From contig DASXGC010000038.1 of the NCBI GenBank assembly GCA_036489235.1, positions 5,704-69,703 of the forward strand: a stretch of DNA of 64,000 nucleotides, given 5' to 3'. Position numbers and translations under genes: made by a program. The DNA is from Vicinamibacterales bacterium. Its GTDB lineage: Bacteria; Acidobacteriota; Vicinamibacteria; Vicinamibacterales; CAVVIG01. The stretch's first letter is position 1; each line of letters begins with the position of its first letter. Below are positions 32,413 to 42,057 of this stretch, in pieces. Under the pieces are notes generated by a model that worked only from the letters and a program-made list of their open reading frames with translations, did not search any database and was not told the origin of the DNA.

Positions 32413-34424
32413 GAGCTGGAGCTGGAACGCGCGTGGCGTCACGAAATGCGTGCCGCTGAAGGTGGACAGGAAGTTGTACAGCGCCTCTTTGTTGGTCAGG
32501 TTGATGACGCTGGCGTGCAGACGCAGCTTCGCCCGGTTCGTTCGCAGCAGGTTGTCCACGCCCGCGCCCAGGTCGAACAGATTCCGCGGTGCAATCCGCG
32601 CCGGATTCGTCACATCGTCTTCGGTCCCGTCGGCGGGGATGACGATGCGTGTCGCGCCGCGATTCGCCGAGCTGCAGCTCGTGATCGGCGCACCGAGCGA
32701 CGCGAACGTATTTCCGCAATAGAGTCCGATCGCCGACTGTTGATCGGCGATCAGCGCCAGCGCATCGGCATAGCTCGGCACCGATCCGACGACCAGCCCT
32801 GAATCGTAGCGCCAGCTGAGGGCGACCCAGGCGCCCAGCGCCTTGTCGATGGTGTACTGCAGGTTGGTGGTGGCGTTGAATTTCTGATCGTGGTCGATTC
32901 GGAAGTCGCCTTCCGGCGCCTCCAACAAAATCCCGCCGTTGCCGGGCGGCGAGAAAATCGCGCTGGTGTGAGCCATCACCACGAACGCGCTGAAGCCGCG
33001 ATGCTCGACCAGGTTGATCCGTCCGGTGAAGCCGTTGATGCGCGAATGATCCCAGGACACGGGAAACACGATCGGCGTGTCGAAGAGCACGCTGAAGTCG
33101 TAGGCGTTGTCCGTGTGCTTGTTGAAGTAACCGAAGTCGACGAGGACCCATTTGCCCAGGCTCTGCTGCGCGCCAATCTCGATCTGGTTGCGCCGGCCCG
33201 GCTGCAGAATCTGTCCATCGCCGAACAAGCCGTTGAGACCGACGCCGCTCGGGGATTGGCACTCGGCGAGTAGACGAGATGATCCTGGCGTACGAATGCG
33301 TTCGCGGTCAGCAGCGTGCTGGCGCCAATCACCTGCGAATAGCCGGGCGCCACGTTGAAGGTGTCGATCGACTGATGCTGCGCCTGTCCGGCGTCGTTCT
33401 GGTCGTAGGTATTGGGGACATCGAAGTCCGACTTTGCCGCCTGCAGATTCAGGTGAAAGGTCGACGTCGATCCTGCGTGCGCGTCGAAACGGTTGAACAG
33501 CGACGCACTGTGACCATGATCGTGCATCGCCTCGAACTCTGGCGGATCCAGAAAGCGATCCGTCTGCATGCCGTTGATCGATACGAAGTCGCCGAAGTTG
33601 TGCGAGCCGCCACCGAGGTTGAGGTCGGCGGTCGGACTGCTGAATGATCCGTAGCCGATCGACGCACTGCCGGTCGGCCTGGGCTGATCGAGCCCGGACC
33701 TGGTCACGATGTGTACGACCAGGCTGCTCTTGTCGCCGTATTCCGCCGGCGCGACGCCGGTGATGATTTCCATCGATTGCACGGCGTCCGGCGAAATCTG
33801 GTTCGAGTAGACGCGGCTCTGCTGATCGGTGACCGGCTGATTGTCGATGGAAAACTGGGTCTGCGCGTGGTCGCCGATCGGATGGAAGAACCCGTTCGAG
33901 TCCGACACGACACCGGGTGACGCCATCGTAATCACCTGATTCAGCCCGGACGAGGATTCGAGCGGCAGCTTCTCAATCAGACTCTGATCGATGTCGGTGT
34001 GCGCGGTCGGATCGCGCTCGAGCAGGTCGGCGTGCCCGACGACGTCGACGCTCGTGGTGGCGCCTTCCAGCGCAAGTGCCAGGTCGAGGGTGATCGGGAC
34101 GGCGCTCCGGACTTCAACGTCACGTGCCAGCGGCTGAAAGCCCTGCGCCTCGACCGCCACGTGGTACCAGCCGGGCGGCAGGTTGCCGAACTGATATTTG
34201 CCCGACGCGTCGGTCGTCGTCGATCGCGTGAAGCCCGAGACCGGATTGCCGATCTGAACCGTGACCGCCTGCATCACGCCGCCGGTGGGATCCTTCACCG
34301 TGCCCTGTACGGTCCCGGCTCCGCCGAGCCCTTGTGCGTCGGCCGCAACCACACCGAACCCGCACACCGCACACAACACCAGCAGAGCGGCCGAGCACGT
34401 TTTGGGAAAGCTTCGGGTCAACAT
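32398..34424 (-). pseudogene. TonB-dependent receptor (CarboxypepD_reg N-domain + plug + barrel) interrupted by a single frameshift
   Basis: ORF 32976..34655 carries the N-part (from ATG 34424: MLTRSFPKTCSAALLVLCAV...) and turns to junk after ...VYSPSANP. ORF 32398..33228 carries the C-part in the -1 frame and ends LQLGVSF. The total span is 2027 nt; one extra base would give 2028, or 676 codons. Confidence 0.8.
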
Positions 34425-34660
34425 GAGGCGACGGTAACAACCACCGCCATTGGGCGCGACCGAAACCACACGAATGGTCCCTGACGGTCGGCAACCGTCA
34501 CGTTCAGGCCGACGAATGGCACGCCGCGTTTGCCCCACTGGGCGACCTACAATGAAATCCATCGGACGCGGTCCGGCGACCATCCACCGGCCGAAATCGA
34601 CCGCCGAACGGGTTTGAGTTCGGTTCCGGCGTCCCCGGACGTAGGGTTGCGTCAACGAGC

Positions 34661-36556
34661 GTGCATGTGAGCGAACTGCTGAACCTGGTCGGCCTTGGCA
34701 CCGGCATCGTGCTCTACGCGATGCTCCTGGCGATGGTGCTGCGCGCGGAGCGCGGGCCGGGCGAATCGATCCGCTTCGATCCGTTGTTGCTCGCGACCGC
34801 CGTGCTCGGCTTGATCTGGAATCTGTGCGCGCTTCCTGCTTACGAGCTGCCGAAGATCGGCATCGCCGGCCCGTTCACGTTTCTGGTCGCTCTCGGTTTC
34901 GCCGCGCTCGGTTTTCTCCCCGCCGTGGTGGTGCAATCGGTGCTGCGGGGCGACCAAGAGCGGGTGCGTGGCGGCCCGCGACGCCTGGTGGCATTCATCG
35001 CGTATGCCGTCAGCGTGACCGCTGCCCTGCTGCACGCGAGAGCGGCGTGGGTTGGCGACCCGTTGCCATCACCGGTCGGCATGCGGCTGCTGACGTACAC
35101 GTTCATCGCTCTGGTGCTGCCGCTGGCGGTTGTGACGCGTGGACAGCCGGGCGCGCGACGGGCGCTATGGGCGGCGGCGCTGTCAATCTTCGCCGTGTCG
35201 GCGCTGCACCTGAGTCAACTGCACCGGGGAGACGATTCGTGGCCGGTTGAGTTGCTCGGCCATCACGCGTCCGTGCCGCTGGCCTTCGCCATCCTGTATC
35301 AGGATTTTCCATTCGCGCTCGCCGATTTGTTCCTGAAGCGGGCGTTGACGCTGGTGACGCTGGTTGGCGGAGCGATTCTCGGCGTGGGCGTAGTCGGCGC
35401 CATCCACTCACCGGACGTGCCGTTGCGCGACCCTCGAGACGTCGGTTTGCTGGTGACGTTGTGGGTAGCGACGGCGCTGCTCTATCCGCGTATTCGCAGC
35501 GGCATCGCCTGGTTCGTCGATACGGTGGTGCTGCACCGGCCTGACTACGGGACGCTGCGGACCCGGATCGGCGAGCGCGCGCAGCGGGTGCAGGAGATTG
35601 GCCCGATGCTCGACGAAGCCTGCCGTCAGCTGGCCCCGGCCCTGAGTGCGCGACACGTCGGATGGCGCGAGGCGAATCCGTCGGCCGCTAGTTCAGCCGT
35701 CACGGCCGGCACCAGCGTCGTCATTCCGGTCACCGAAGCACCGCACTTCCAGCTGGACATCGGTGTCCTGGCCGGCGGGCGCCGTCTGCTCTCTGACGAC
35801 CACGCCGCGCTCGAGTCGATTGCAGCACTGCTCGGCCGCCGCATCGATGCCATCCGCCTCGCCGACGAACGCTACGAACGTGAACGGCGCGAGCAGAACA
35901 TCGGCAAGCTCGCCACGGAAGCCGAACTGCGTGCGCTTCGCGCCCAGATCAATCCTCATTTCCTGTTCAACGCCCTGACCACGATCGGCTACCTGATTCA
36001 GACCGCGCCGCCGCGGGCGCTCGATACCCTGATGCGGCTGACGGCGTTGTTGCGCAGCGTGCTGCGTTCCGAGGGCGAGTTCACGACGCTCGGCCGGGAG
36101 GTCTCGCTGATCGAGTCGTACCTGGACATCGAGCACGCACGGTTCGAACAGCGCCTGCGTGTCCGTATCGAGGTGCCCCAGGCGCTCCGCGGGCTGCGCG
36201 TGCCACCGCTCGTACTGCAGCCGGTCGTTGAAAACGCGGTCAAGCACGGCATCTCGCCGCTTCGGCACGGCGGCGCGGTCGTGGTTTCGGCGCGCCTCGA
36301 GTCCGCACACCCAACCTCGTCGCTGGTGTTGACTGTTCACGACACCGGCAGCGGCGTCACCACCGCCCAGCTGGAGCAGGGACGACGCGTCGGCGTTGGC
36401 CTCACCAACATCGAGCGTCGATTGGCCCACCAGTACGGCGATCGCGCCGGACTCACCATTCGCAGCGAACCGGGATCGGGCACGACGGTCGAAATTCGCC
36501 TGCCGGTCGAGTCGAACGTACGGAGCGAGCCGACGTCGGCACGGACGGCGTCATGA
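34661..36556 (+). CDS. membrane sensor histidine kinase, LytS/YehU type
   Basis: A multi-TM N-terminal half followed by the His_kinase motif LRAQINPHFLFNALTTIGYL and an HATPase_c region (DTGSGV, GVGLTNI). Confidence 0.88.
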   Translation: MHVSELLNLVGLGTGIVLYAMLLAMVLRAERGPGESIRFDPLLLATAVLGLIWNLCALPAYELPKIGIAGPFTFLVALGFAALGFLPAVVVQSVLRGDQERVRGGPRRLVAFIAYAVSVTAALLHARAAWVGDPLPSPVGMRLLTYTFIALVLPLAVVTRGQPGARRALWAAALSIFAVSALHLSQLHRGDDSWPVELLGHHASVPLAFAILYQDFPFALADLFLKRALTLVTLVGGAILGVGVVGAIHSPDVPLRDPRDVGLLVTLWVATALLYPRIRSGIAWFVDTVVLHRPDYGTLRTRIGERAQRVQEIGPMLDEACRQLAPALSARHVGWREANPSAASSAVTAGTSVVIPVTEAPHFQLDIGVLAGGRRLLSDDHAALESIAALLGRRIDAIRLADERYERERREQNIGKLATEAELRALRAQINPHFLFNALTTIGYLIQTAPPRALDTLMRLTALLRSVLRSEGEFTTLGREVSLIESYLDIEHARFEQRLRVRIEVPQALRGLRVPPLVLQPVVENAVKHGISPLRHGGAVVVSARLESAHPTSSLVLTVHDTGSGVTTAQLEQGRRVGVGLTNIERRLAHQYGDRAGLTIRSEPGSGTTVEIRLPVESNVRSEPTSARTAS

Positions 36557-37335
36557 ACGGCCGTCTTCGCGTCGTGATCGCCGACGACGAACGTCCCGCT
36601 CGCTCGTTCCTCGCGGCACTGCTTCGCACCTTCGACGACGTGGTGATTGTTGGCGAGGTGGAATCGGGGCGTGAGGCGGTGGCGGCCATCGAACGCGAGC
36701 GGCCCGATCTGGCGCTGCTCGATCTGCAGATGCCGGAACTCGACGGCATTGCTGTCGTCCGGATGTTGAAGAAGGCCGATACACCGCTGGTCGCGTTCGT
36801 GACCGCGTACGACGAATATGCAGTCCGCGCGTTCGAGATGAACGCGGTTGACTATCTGCTGAAGCCGGTGGAACGGGCACGGCTGCGGGAAACCATCAAT
36901 CGCGCGCAGGAGCGCAGCGAGCACGCTGAAATCGTCGAGGATCAGACGGCCCATCTCGGACAGGCCATCGCCGCCTACGAATCAGCCGCGAAGGCGCCGT
37001 TTCTCGAGCGCATTCCGATCCGCCGCCGTGACGAGATCCTGATCGTGCCGACGACGCAAATCGCCTCGATCGTGGCCGAGGGTGAGCTGCTCTACCTGAC
37101 GACGACGAAGAACGAACGCTACACGCTGACCTACCGCCTGAAGGATCTGGAGGCGCGCCTCGACTCGGCGCGCTTTATCAGGCTTGGGCGTGGCACGCTC
37201 GCCAACATCGACACCATCGTAAAAGTGCACGTGATGCCCGGCGGCACGCACGTCGCGCAGCTGTCGAATGGCCAGAAGCTGCAGATCAGCCGCCTGCAGT
37301 CCCGGCTCGTCCGGGATCGCTTCCTGAAGCTATAG
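36553..37335 (+). CDS. LytR/AlgR-family response regulator (REC + LytTR)
   Basis: Receiver LALLDLQMPELDG. The C-terminal LytTR region reads IPIRRRDEILIVPTTQIASIVAEGELLYLTT. ATGA overlap with the kinase gene. Confidence 0.9.
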   Translation: MNGRLRVVIADDERPARSFLAALLRTFDDVVIVGEVESGREAVAAIERERPDLALLDLQMPELDGIAVVRMLKKADTPLVAFVTAYDEYAVRAFEMNAVDYLLKPVERARLRETINRAQERSEHAEIVEDQTAHLGQAIAAYESAAKAPFLERIPIRRRDEILIVPTTQIASIVAEGELLYLTTTKNERYTLTYRLKDLEARLDSARFIRLGRGTLANIDTIVKVHVMPGGTHVAQLSNGQKLQISRLQSRLVRDRFLKL

Positions 37336-37380
37336 CCAAGTCACAGAGTTCCGATCAGCTTAACTCGGTGGTCGATCCGG

Positions 37381-39276
37381 CTACGCAGCCCGAAGCTTGG
37401 CGGTCCGCGCCTTCAGCGTTTCGGCCAGCAAATGCAGCCGCATCGCGTCGCGACCCTTCGCGGACGAGGCATCTGCCTCGAGCTGTTTGGCGAGCGCGTC
37501 GAGTTGGTCGAGCACCGTGGGCGCGTTCTTTTCCTTGCCGGTGTGAAGGTCGTCGGCCTTTTCGAGCACCGCTCTGATCGCCTTGGCCCGTTCGGGCAGA
37601 ATCGCATTGGTGCGCGCCAGCTGGTCGATATACGCGCGTGACACGGCCGAGGCCGCCGGCCATACGATCTTGCCCTGTTCCTGTGGATTGAGCTCGTCGT
37701 TGCGGATCAGAACGGCGGCGTCGATTTCGTTCTGCGACAGGAACTCGGTCGGCTTCAGCTTGAAGATGTCGATCCCACGGGCGATCTCCGAGCCGTAGAT
37801 GCTGCCGTTGTACCAGTACGCCGACCAGAATCCGCCAGTGATGAGTTGCTTCGCATCGATCGGTCCGCGGTCGAAGTAGGCAATCTCGATCGGGTGGGCG
37901 GCGTCGGTGAAGTCGAACACCGAAATCCCGCCTTGGTACCAGGCCTGCGCCATGATGTCGCGTCCGGGGACCGGAATCAGCGCGCCGTTGTGGGCAACGC
38001 AGTTTTCCTGCTCGCTCTGTGGCGCGGGCATCTTGTAGTAGCCGCCGAAGTGCAGCTTGTGATCAGGTCCGATGTCGAAAATGGCATCCGCGCCCCAGTT
38101 GAGCAGATCGCTCGCACGGCAGCGTGGACGGGTGCCGCCGCCCCACTCGTCCGTGAAAATCACTTTGGTGCCGTCGTTGTTGAACGTCGCCGAATGCCAG
38201 TAGGCGAAGTTCTTGTCTGCCACCGCGTCAACCCGCCTGGGATGAACCGGGTCCGAGATGTCGAGCAAAATGCCGTTACCCGAACAGGCGCCGGCCGCGA
38301 GCCCGACCGCCGAGAACACCGTGATGTCGTGGCACTGATTGGTCTGACGCGACGGCTGCGCGCCGGGGCCGCGATCGCCGCCCGGCTCGAGTCCGGCGAT
38401 GTTGCCGGTCGCCGGATCGGCAAAAATACGCGGACGGTTGATCACCGCTGCCTGTTCCGGGTGCGCCAGCGGCACCTTGATCACGTCGATGCTGAAGAGC
38501 GCGGTGTCGGGATTGTCCTTCGGGTCGCCTTCCGAACAACCGGGCATTTCTTCGCCGGGCCGCGAGCCGCTGGTGCCCGAACCGTAGACGTAGAGATTCG
38601 CCGGATCCTTCGGGTCCTCGACCAGTGTGTGCGTGTGCGATCCGCGGCAGGTCTGAACGGCGGCCACCTGACGCGGCTTCTGCAAGTCGCTGATGTCGAA
38701 GATGCGCACGCCACGGAAACGCTCGGAGCTGACGGCGGTCTGAATTCCCTGCGTGCCGCAATCGATACGGCCGCGCGTCTGTTCGACGGACATGAACAGC
38801 AGATGCCCGTGCACCGAGACGTCGCCCTGGCCGCCGGGGCAGACCACCGATGCGCTCAGCTTCGGCTTGGTCGGACGCTCGATGTCGTAGGTGTTGAACC
38901 CATGAAAATTACCCATGAACACATGGGTGCCGCTGAAGGCCAGATCGGAATTGGCGAAGCCCAGCATGTTGGCGAATCGGGGATCCGGCGGCGCCTTGGG
39001 GTCGGGCGGCGGCAGCGGCGGCAGGTTCGGATCGCGCTCGGGCGGTGTGGGCGCGCCCGCGGGATCCTTCGGGTCGAAGAAGCCTTCCGGCTTCGGCATG
39101 CTCGAGATCTTTTCCATTCCTCGAGCGGCTTCGCCCGCGTCGTGAAGTCCGGCCTTGAGCCCGACCCGCGGATCGTTCGAATTCGCCGCCGCCGTTTTCT
39201 CCTGGGCGTGCCCCTGCGCCAGGAATGCGAGAACAACGGCGGACGCACACAACGTTCTGAGGGCGACGGTCTTCAT
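37381..39276 (-). CDS. secreted LVIVD-repeat beta-propeller protein with helical C-terminal tail
   Basis: ORF track 37381..39588 is over-extended by 104 codons. ATG at 39276, preceded by AAGGAG, gives leader MKTVALRTLCASAVVLAFLAQGHA. LVIVD-like strands: GVRIFDISD, GILLDISDP, GISVFDFTD, GIDIFKLK. Confidence 0.8.
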   Translation of the reverse strand: MKTVALRTLCASAVVLAFLAQGHAQEKTAAANSNDPRVGLKAGLHDAGEAARGMEKISSMPKPEGFFDPKDPAGAPTPPERDPNLPPLPPPDPKAPPDPRFANMLGFANSDLAFSGTHVFMGNFHGFNTYDIERPTKPKLSASVVCPGGQGDVSVHGHLLFMSVEQTRGRIDCGTQGIQTAVSSERFRGVRIFDISDLQKPRQVAAVQTCRGSHTHTLVEDPKDPANLYVYGSGTSGSRPGEEMPGCSEGDPKDNPDTALFSIDVIKVPLAHPEQAAVINRPRIFADPATGNIAGLEPGGDRGPGAQPSRQTNQCHDITVFSAVGLAAGACSGNGILLDISDPVHPRRVDAVADKNFAYWHSATFNNDGTKVIFTDEWGGGTRPRCRASDLLNWGADAIFDIGPDHKLHFGGYYKMPAPQSEQENCVAHNGALIPVPGRDIMAQAWYQGGISVFDFTDAAHPIEIAYFDRGPIDAKQLITGGFWSAYWYNGSIYGSEIARGIDIFKLKPTEFLSQNEIDAAVLIRNDELNPQEQGKIVWPAASAVSRAYIDQLARTNAILPERAKAIRAVLEKADDLHTGKEKNAPTVLDQLDALAKQLEADASSAKGRDAMRLHLLAETLKARTAKLRAA

Positions 39277-39923
39277 CTTCCCAGCTCCTTGAGCATCGTG
39301 CTCATGCGGTTGATCTCCATGCGCTGATCGGCATCCACGTCCGAGGCGAACGCGAACACTTCGGATTCCTGCGCCGCTCCAGGTGACGCGAACAGCTCGC
39401 TGACCATCGTCAGCGCACCGTTGTGATGTTTGATCATGCCGGACAGGAACAGCCGATCGAACTCGGCGCCTTTGGCAGCGGCGAGTGCGGCCATCTCGTC
39501 GTCGGTCAGCATGCCGGGCATCAGCGTGGCGCCGTGCATGTGCATCGCGCCCGGCGCCGGGATCGGCTGTCCTCTCGACTGCAACCATCCCTGCATCATC
39601 TTGATTTCGTCGATCTGCGAAACCTGGATCCGCTGCGCCAGCTTCTTCATGTCGGCGCTGGCGGTCCGCGACGGCAACAGCTCGGTCATCTCAATCGCCT
39701 GCGTGTGATGACCGATCATTCCCTGCATGAACTTGATGTCCGCGCCGATGAACTGCACCTGCGACAAATCCGTCGCGGTCGCGGCTGATACGGCGTGGCT
39801 CGCCTGACCCGGAGCGCCCGGCTGAATGATCGGTGCCTTGGCGTCCACACCGCCGGTGGAACGGCACGCACCGGTGAGGGCGATGGCGAGAAAAACGGCG
39901 GTCTGGCGGAACAAGAGCCTCAC
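39273..39923 (-). CDS. DUF305-family lipoprotein (four-helix bundle, HH motifs)
   Basis: Lipobox ALTGAC. Duplicated motif: FMQGMIGHHTQAIEM and FLSGMIKHHNGALTM. Confidence 0.85.
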   Translation of the reverse strand: MRLLFRQTAVFLAIALTGACRSTGGVDAKAPIIQPGAPGQASHAVSAATATDLSQVQFIGADIKFMQGMIGHHTQAIEMTELLPSRTASADMKKLAQRIQVSQIDEIKMMQGWLQSRGQPIPAPGAMHMHGATLMPGMLTDDEMAALAAAKGAEFDRLFLSGMIKHHNGALTMVSELFASPGAAQESEVFAFASDVDADQRMEINRMSTMLKELGR

Positions 39924-41305
39924 TATAGCAGCGTGCCGCTCAAGACGACATAGCCGACGGAGAAGTAAATGATCAGCCCGGTGACATCAACCAGCGTCGC
40001 GACAAACGGCGCCGAGGAGGTGGCGGGATCGAACCCCAGCCGGCGCAGGATGAACGGCAGGATCGACCCGACGAGCGTGCCCCACAGGACGATGCCGACC
40101 AGCGAAATCGAAACCGTCAGCGCCACCAGCATCCAGTGGGGGCCGTAAAGGGTCGAAAACATCGACCAGATCGCGATGCGCAGGAATCCAATACTGCCAA
40201 GGATGCAGCCCAGCGCGAAGCCGGCGAACACCTCGCGTCGAATCACCCGCCACACGTCCCTGAGTTTCAGTTCGCCGAGCGCCAGCGCGCGAATCACCAG
40301 CGTCGAGGCCTGCGAGCCGGAATTGCCGCCGCTCGAAATGATCAGTGGCACGAACAGCGCCAGCACAACGGCCTTGGCGATCTCCTTCTCGAAGAACCCC
40401 ATCGCGGTCGCCGTCAGCATCTCGCCGAGAAACAGCACCACCAGCCAGCCGGCGCGCTTCTTCACCATGCGCAGCGGCGCAATCAACAGGTAGGGCTCGT
40501 CGAGAGCTTCCGATCCGCCGAACAACTGGAACTCGCGCGTCGCCACTTCTTCCGCGACGTCCAGCGCATCGTCGACCGTGACAATGCCGATGAGGACGCC
40601 GCCGGTATCGGTCACCGGCAGGGCGGACCGGTCTTCGCGGCGAAACACTTCGACCGCGGATGCCTGCGTATCGGTCGCCTTCAGCACGACGTAACGGCGG
40701 TCCATGAGCTCGGACACGCGCTTGTCGAGCGGGACGACCAGGAATTCGCGGATGCGAATGTCGTCGATCAGCACACCGGCGTCGTCCACGACGTAGATCA
40801 CGTTGAGCGTTTCGCTGTCCTGCCCGTGCTCGCGCACGTAGTCGAGCACCTGACGGACGCTCCAGTCCTCTTTCACCGCGATGTAATGCGGTGTCATGAG
40901 GCGGCCGACCGTGCCGGGCTCGTAGCCGAGCAGCGTGATTGCCTCGTGCCGCTCCTCGTCGGTCAGCAGGGTGATCAGTTGCCGCGTCGCGTTGGCCGGC
41001 AGCTCACTGAAAAACAGGGTGCGATCGTCAGGCGACATGTGGTTCAGGAGCGCCGCGACGTCCGATTGCCCCATCGCCTTGACCAGGGTTTTCTGGGATT
41101 CGGGCTCCATGTACTCGAACACCGAGGCGGCGATGCGCCGCGGCAGAATCCGGAACGCCAGTACCTGATCGTCCTGGCGCCACTCGGCGAGCGCAGCAGC
41201 GATCTCCTGAGGCCGGAGCAATTGAAGCTCCGTGTGCAGCCGGTTGAAGTCCCCGGTCCGAATCAGTGACACCAGATCGGTGGTGGTTTCCGTCATGGAT
41301 GCCAT
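39923..41305 (-). CDS. mgtE: magnesium transporter MgtE (N-domain + CBS pair + 5-TM pore)
   Basis: LRPQEIAAALAEW..., a CBS region, and the TM-domain motif PLIISSGGNSGSQAST. Confidence 0.92.
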   Translation of the reverse strand: MASMTETTTDLVSLIRTGDFNRLHTELQLLRPQEIAAALAEWRQDDQVLAFRILPRRIAASVFEYMEPESQKTLVKAMGQSDVAALLNHMSPDDRTLFFSELPANATRQLITLLTDEERHEAITLLGYEPGTVGRLMTPHYIAVKEDWSVRQVLDYVREHGQDSETLNVIYVVDDAGVLIDDIRIREFLVVPLDKRVSELMDRRYVVLKATDTQASAVEVFRREDRSALPVTDTGGVLIGIVTVDDALDVAEEVATREFQLFGGSEALDEPYLLIAPLRMVKKRAGWLVVLFLGEMLTATAMGFFEKEIAKAVVLALFVPLIISSGGNSGSQASTLVIRALALGELKLRDVWRVIRREVFAGFALGCILGSIGFLRIAIWSMFSTLYGPHWMLVALTVSISLVGIVLWGTLVGSILPFILRRLGFDPATSSAPFVATLVDVTGLIIYFSVGYVVLSGTLL

Positions 41306-41322
41306 TCTACGGGCTTCGGTCT

Positions 41323-41353
41323 AAAGAAAAAGGGACGGCTCGAAAGCCGTCCC
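41323..41353 (-). terminator. rho-independent terminator after the peroxiredoxin gene
   Basis: The minus strand reads GGGACGGCT-TTCG-AGCCGTCCC followed by TTTTTCTTT. It lies 28 nt downstream of the stop at 41381. Confidence 0.8.
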
Positions 41354-41380
41354 TTGGGAGAAATGAACGAGAGTCGGTTC

Positions 41381-42010
41381 CTAAACCGGCTGCTTGGTGA
41401 CGCGCAGGTACGGCTTCTTCGCCACGAAATCGGGAAACCTCTTGCGCGCGTCCTCGTCCGACACCGCCGGCACGATGATTACGTCTTCGCCATTCTTCCA
41501 GTCGGCGGGCGTCGCCACCGAATGCTTCGCGGTCAGCTGTAGCGAATCAATGACGCGCAGGATCTCGAAGAAGTTCCGGCCGGTGCTCGCCGGGTACGTG
41601 AGCGTCAGCTTCAGCTTGTTGTCCGGGCTGATGATGAACACCGAGCGCACGGTCGCGGTATCGCTGGCGTTGGGATGAATCATGTCGTAGGCGTTGGCAA
41701 TACTCTTGTCAGGATCGCCAATCAGCGGGAAGTTCAAGGTCTGCCCGGTGACGTCCTTGATGTCCTGCGACCAGCGCGCGTGCGAGTCGAGCGGATCGAC
41801 GCTCAACCCAATCACCTTGGTGTTGCGCTTATCGAACTCCGGCTTCAGCTTCGCGACGGCGCCAAGTTCAGTGGTGCATACCGGCGTGAAATCGCGGGGA
41901 TGCGAAAAGAGCACGGCCCACTGTCCGGCCTTCCACGCGTGGAAGTCGATTTTGCCTTCGGTGGTGTCCGCGGAGAAATTCGGCACTTCGTCGCCTAGTC
42001 GAATCGCCAT
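41381..42010 (-). CDS. 1-Cys peroxiredoxin (Prx6-type)
   Basis: LFSHPRDFTPVCTTELG with no resolving Cys; ~209 aa, the typical 1-Cys Prx length. Confidence 0.9.
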   Translation of the reverse strand: MAIRLGDEVPNFSADTTEGKIDFHAWKAGQWAVLFSHPRDFTPVCTTELGAVAKLKPEFDKRNTKVIGLSVDPLDSHARWSQDIKDVTGQTLNFPLIGDPDKSIANAYDMIHPNASDTATVRSVFIISPDNKLKLTLTYPASTGRNFFEILRVIDSLQLTAKHSVATPADWKNGEDVIIVPAVSDEDARKRFPDFVAKKPYLRVTKQPV

Positions 42011-42057
42011 TCCTGCCTCCTGCCAATTGATTTCGTCAGCCCTTGAGCATACTGCGA

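Noticed and set aside
34517-34533. TGGCAC ... TTTGC sigma-54-like motif upstream of the LytS kinase
   Set aside because: The GG-to-GC offset is 14 nt rather than the strict 12, so it is unlikely to function.
34425-34660. 236-nt spacer upstream of the frameshifted TBDR as a cobalamin or other riboswitch
   Set aside because: Reading the minus strand, I found no B12-box-like GCCACTG core or other conserved riboswitch motif, only short generic hairpins. A covariance-model scan (Rfam/Infernal) would be the decisive check.
39277-39588. N-terminal extensions in the ORF track (also 4159-4563, 5796-6029, 26439-26642, 34425-34655, 43336-43572, 59349-59954, 8955-9227)
   Set aside because: The extensions are Arg-rich junk and often overlap the upstream gene. 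An internal ATG preceded by a good SD gives a proper signal peptide or a family-typical N-terminus.
41306-41380. Possible M-box or other Mg riboswitch in front of mgtE
   Set aside because: Only 75 nt are available, and most of it is the intrinsic terminator of the upstream gene. There is no room for a ~160-nt M-box.
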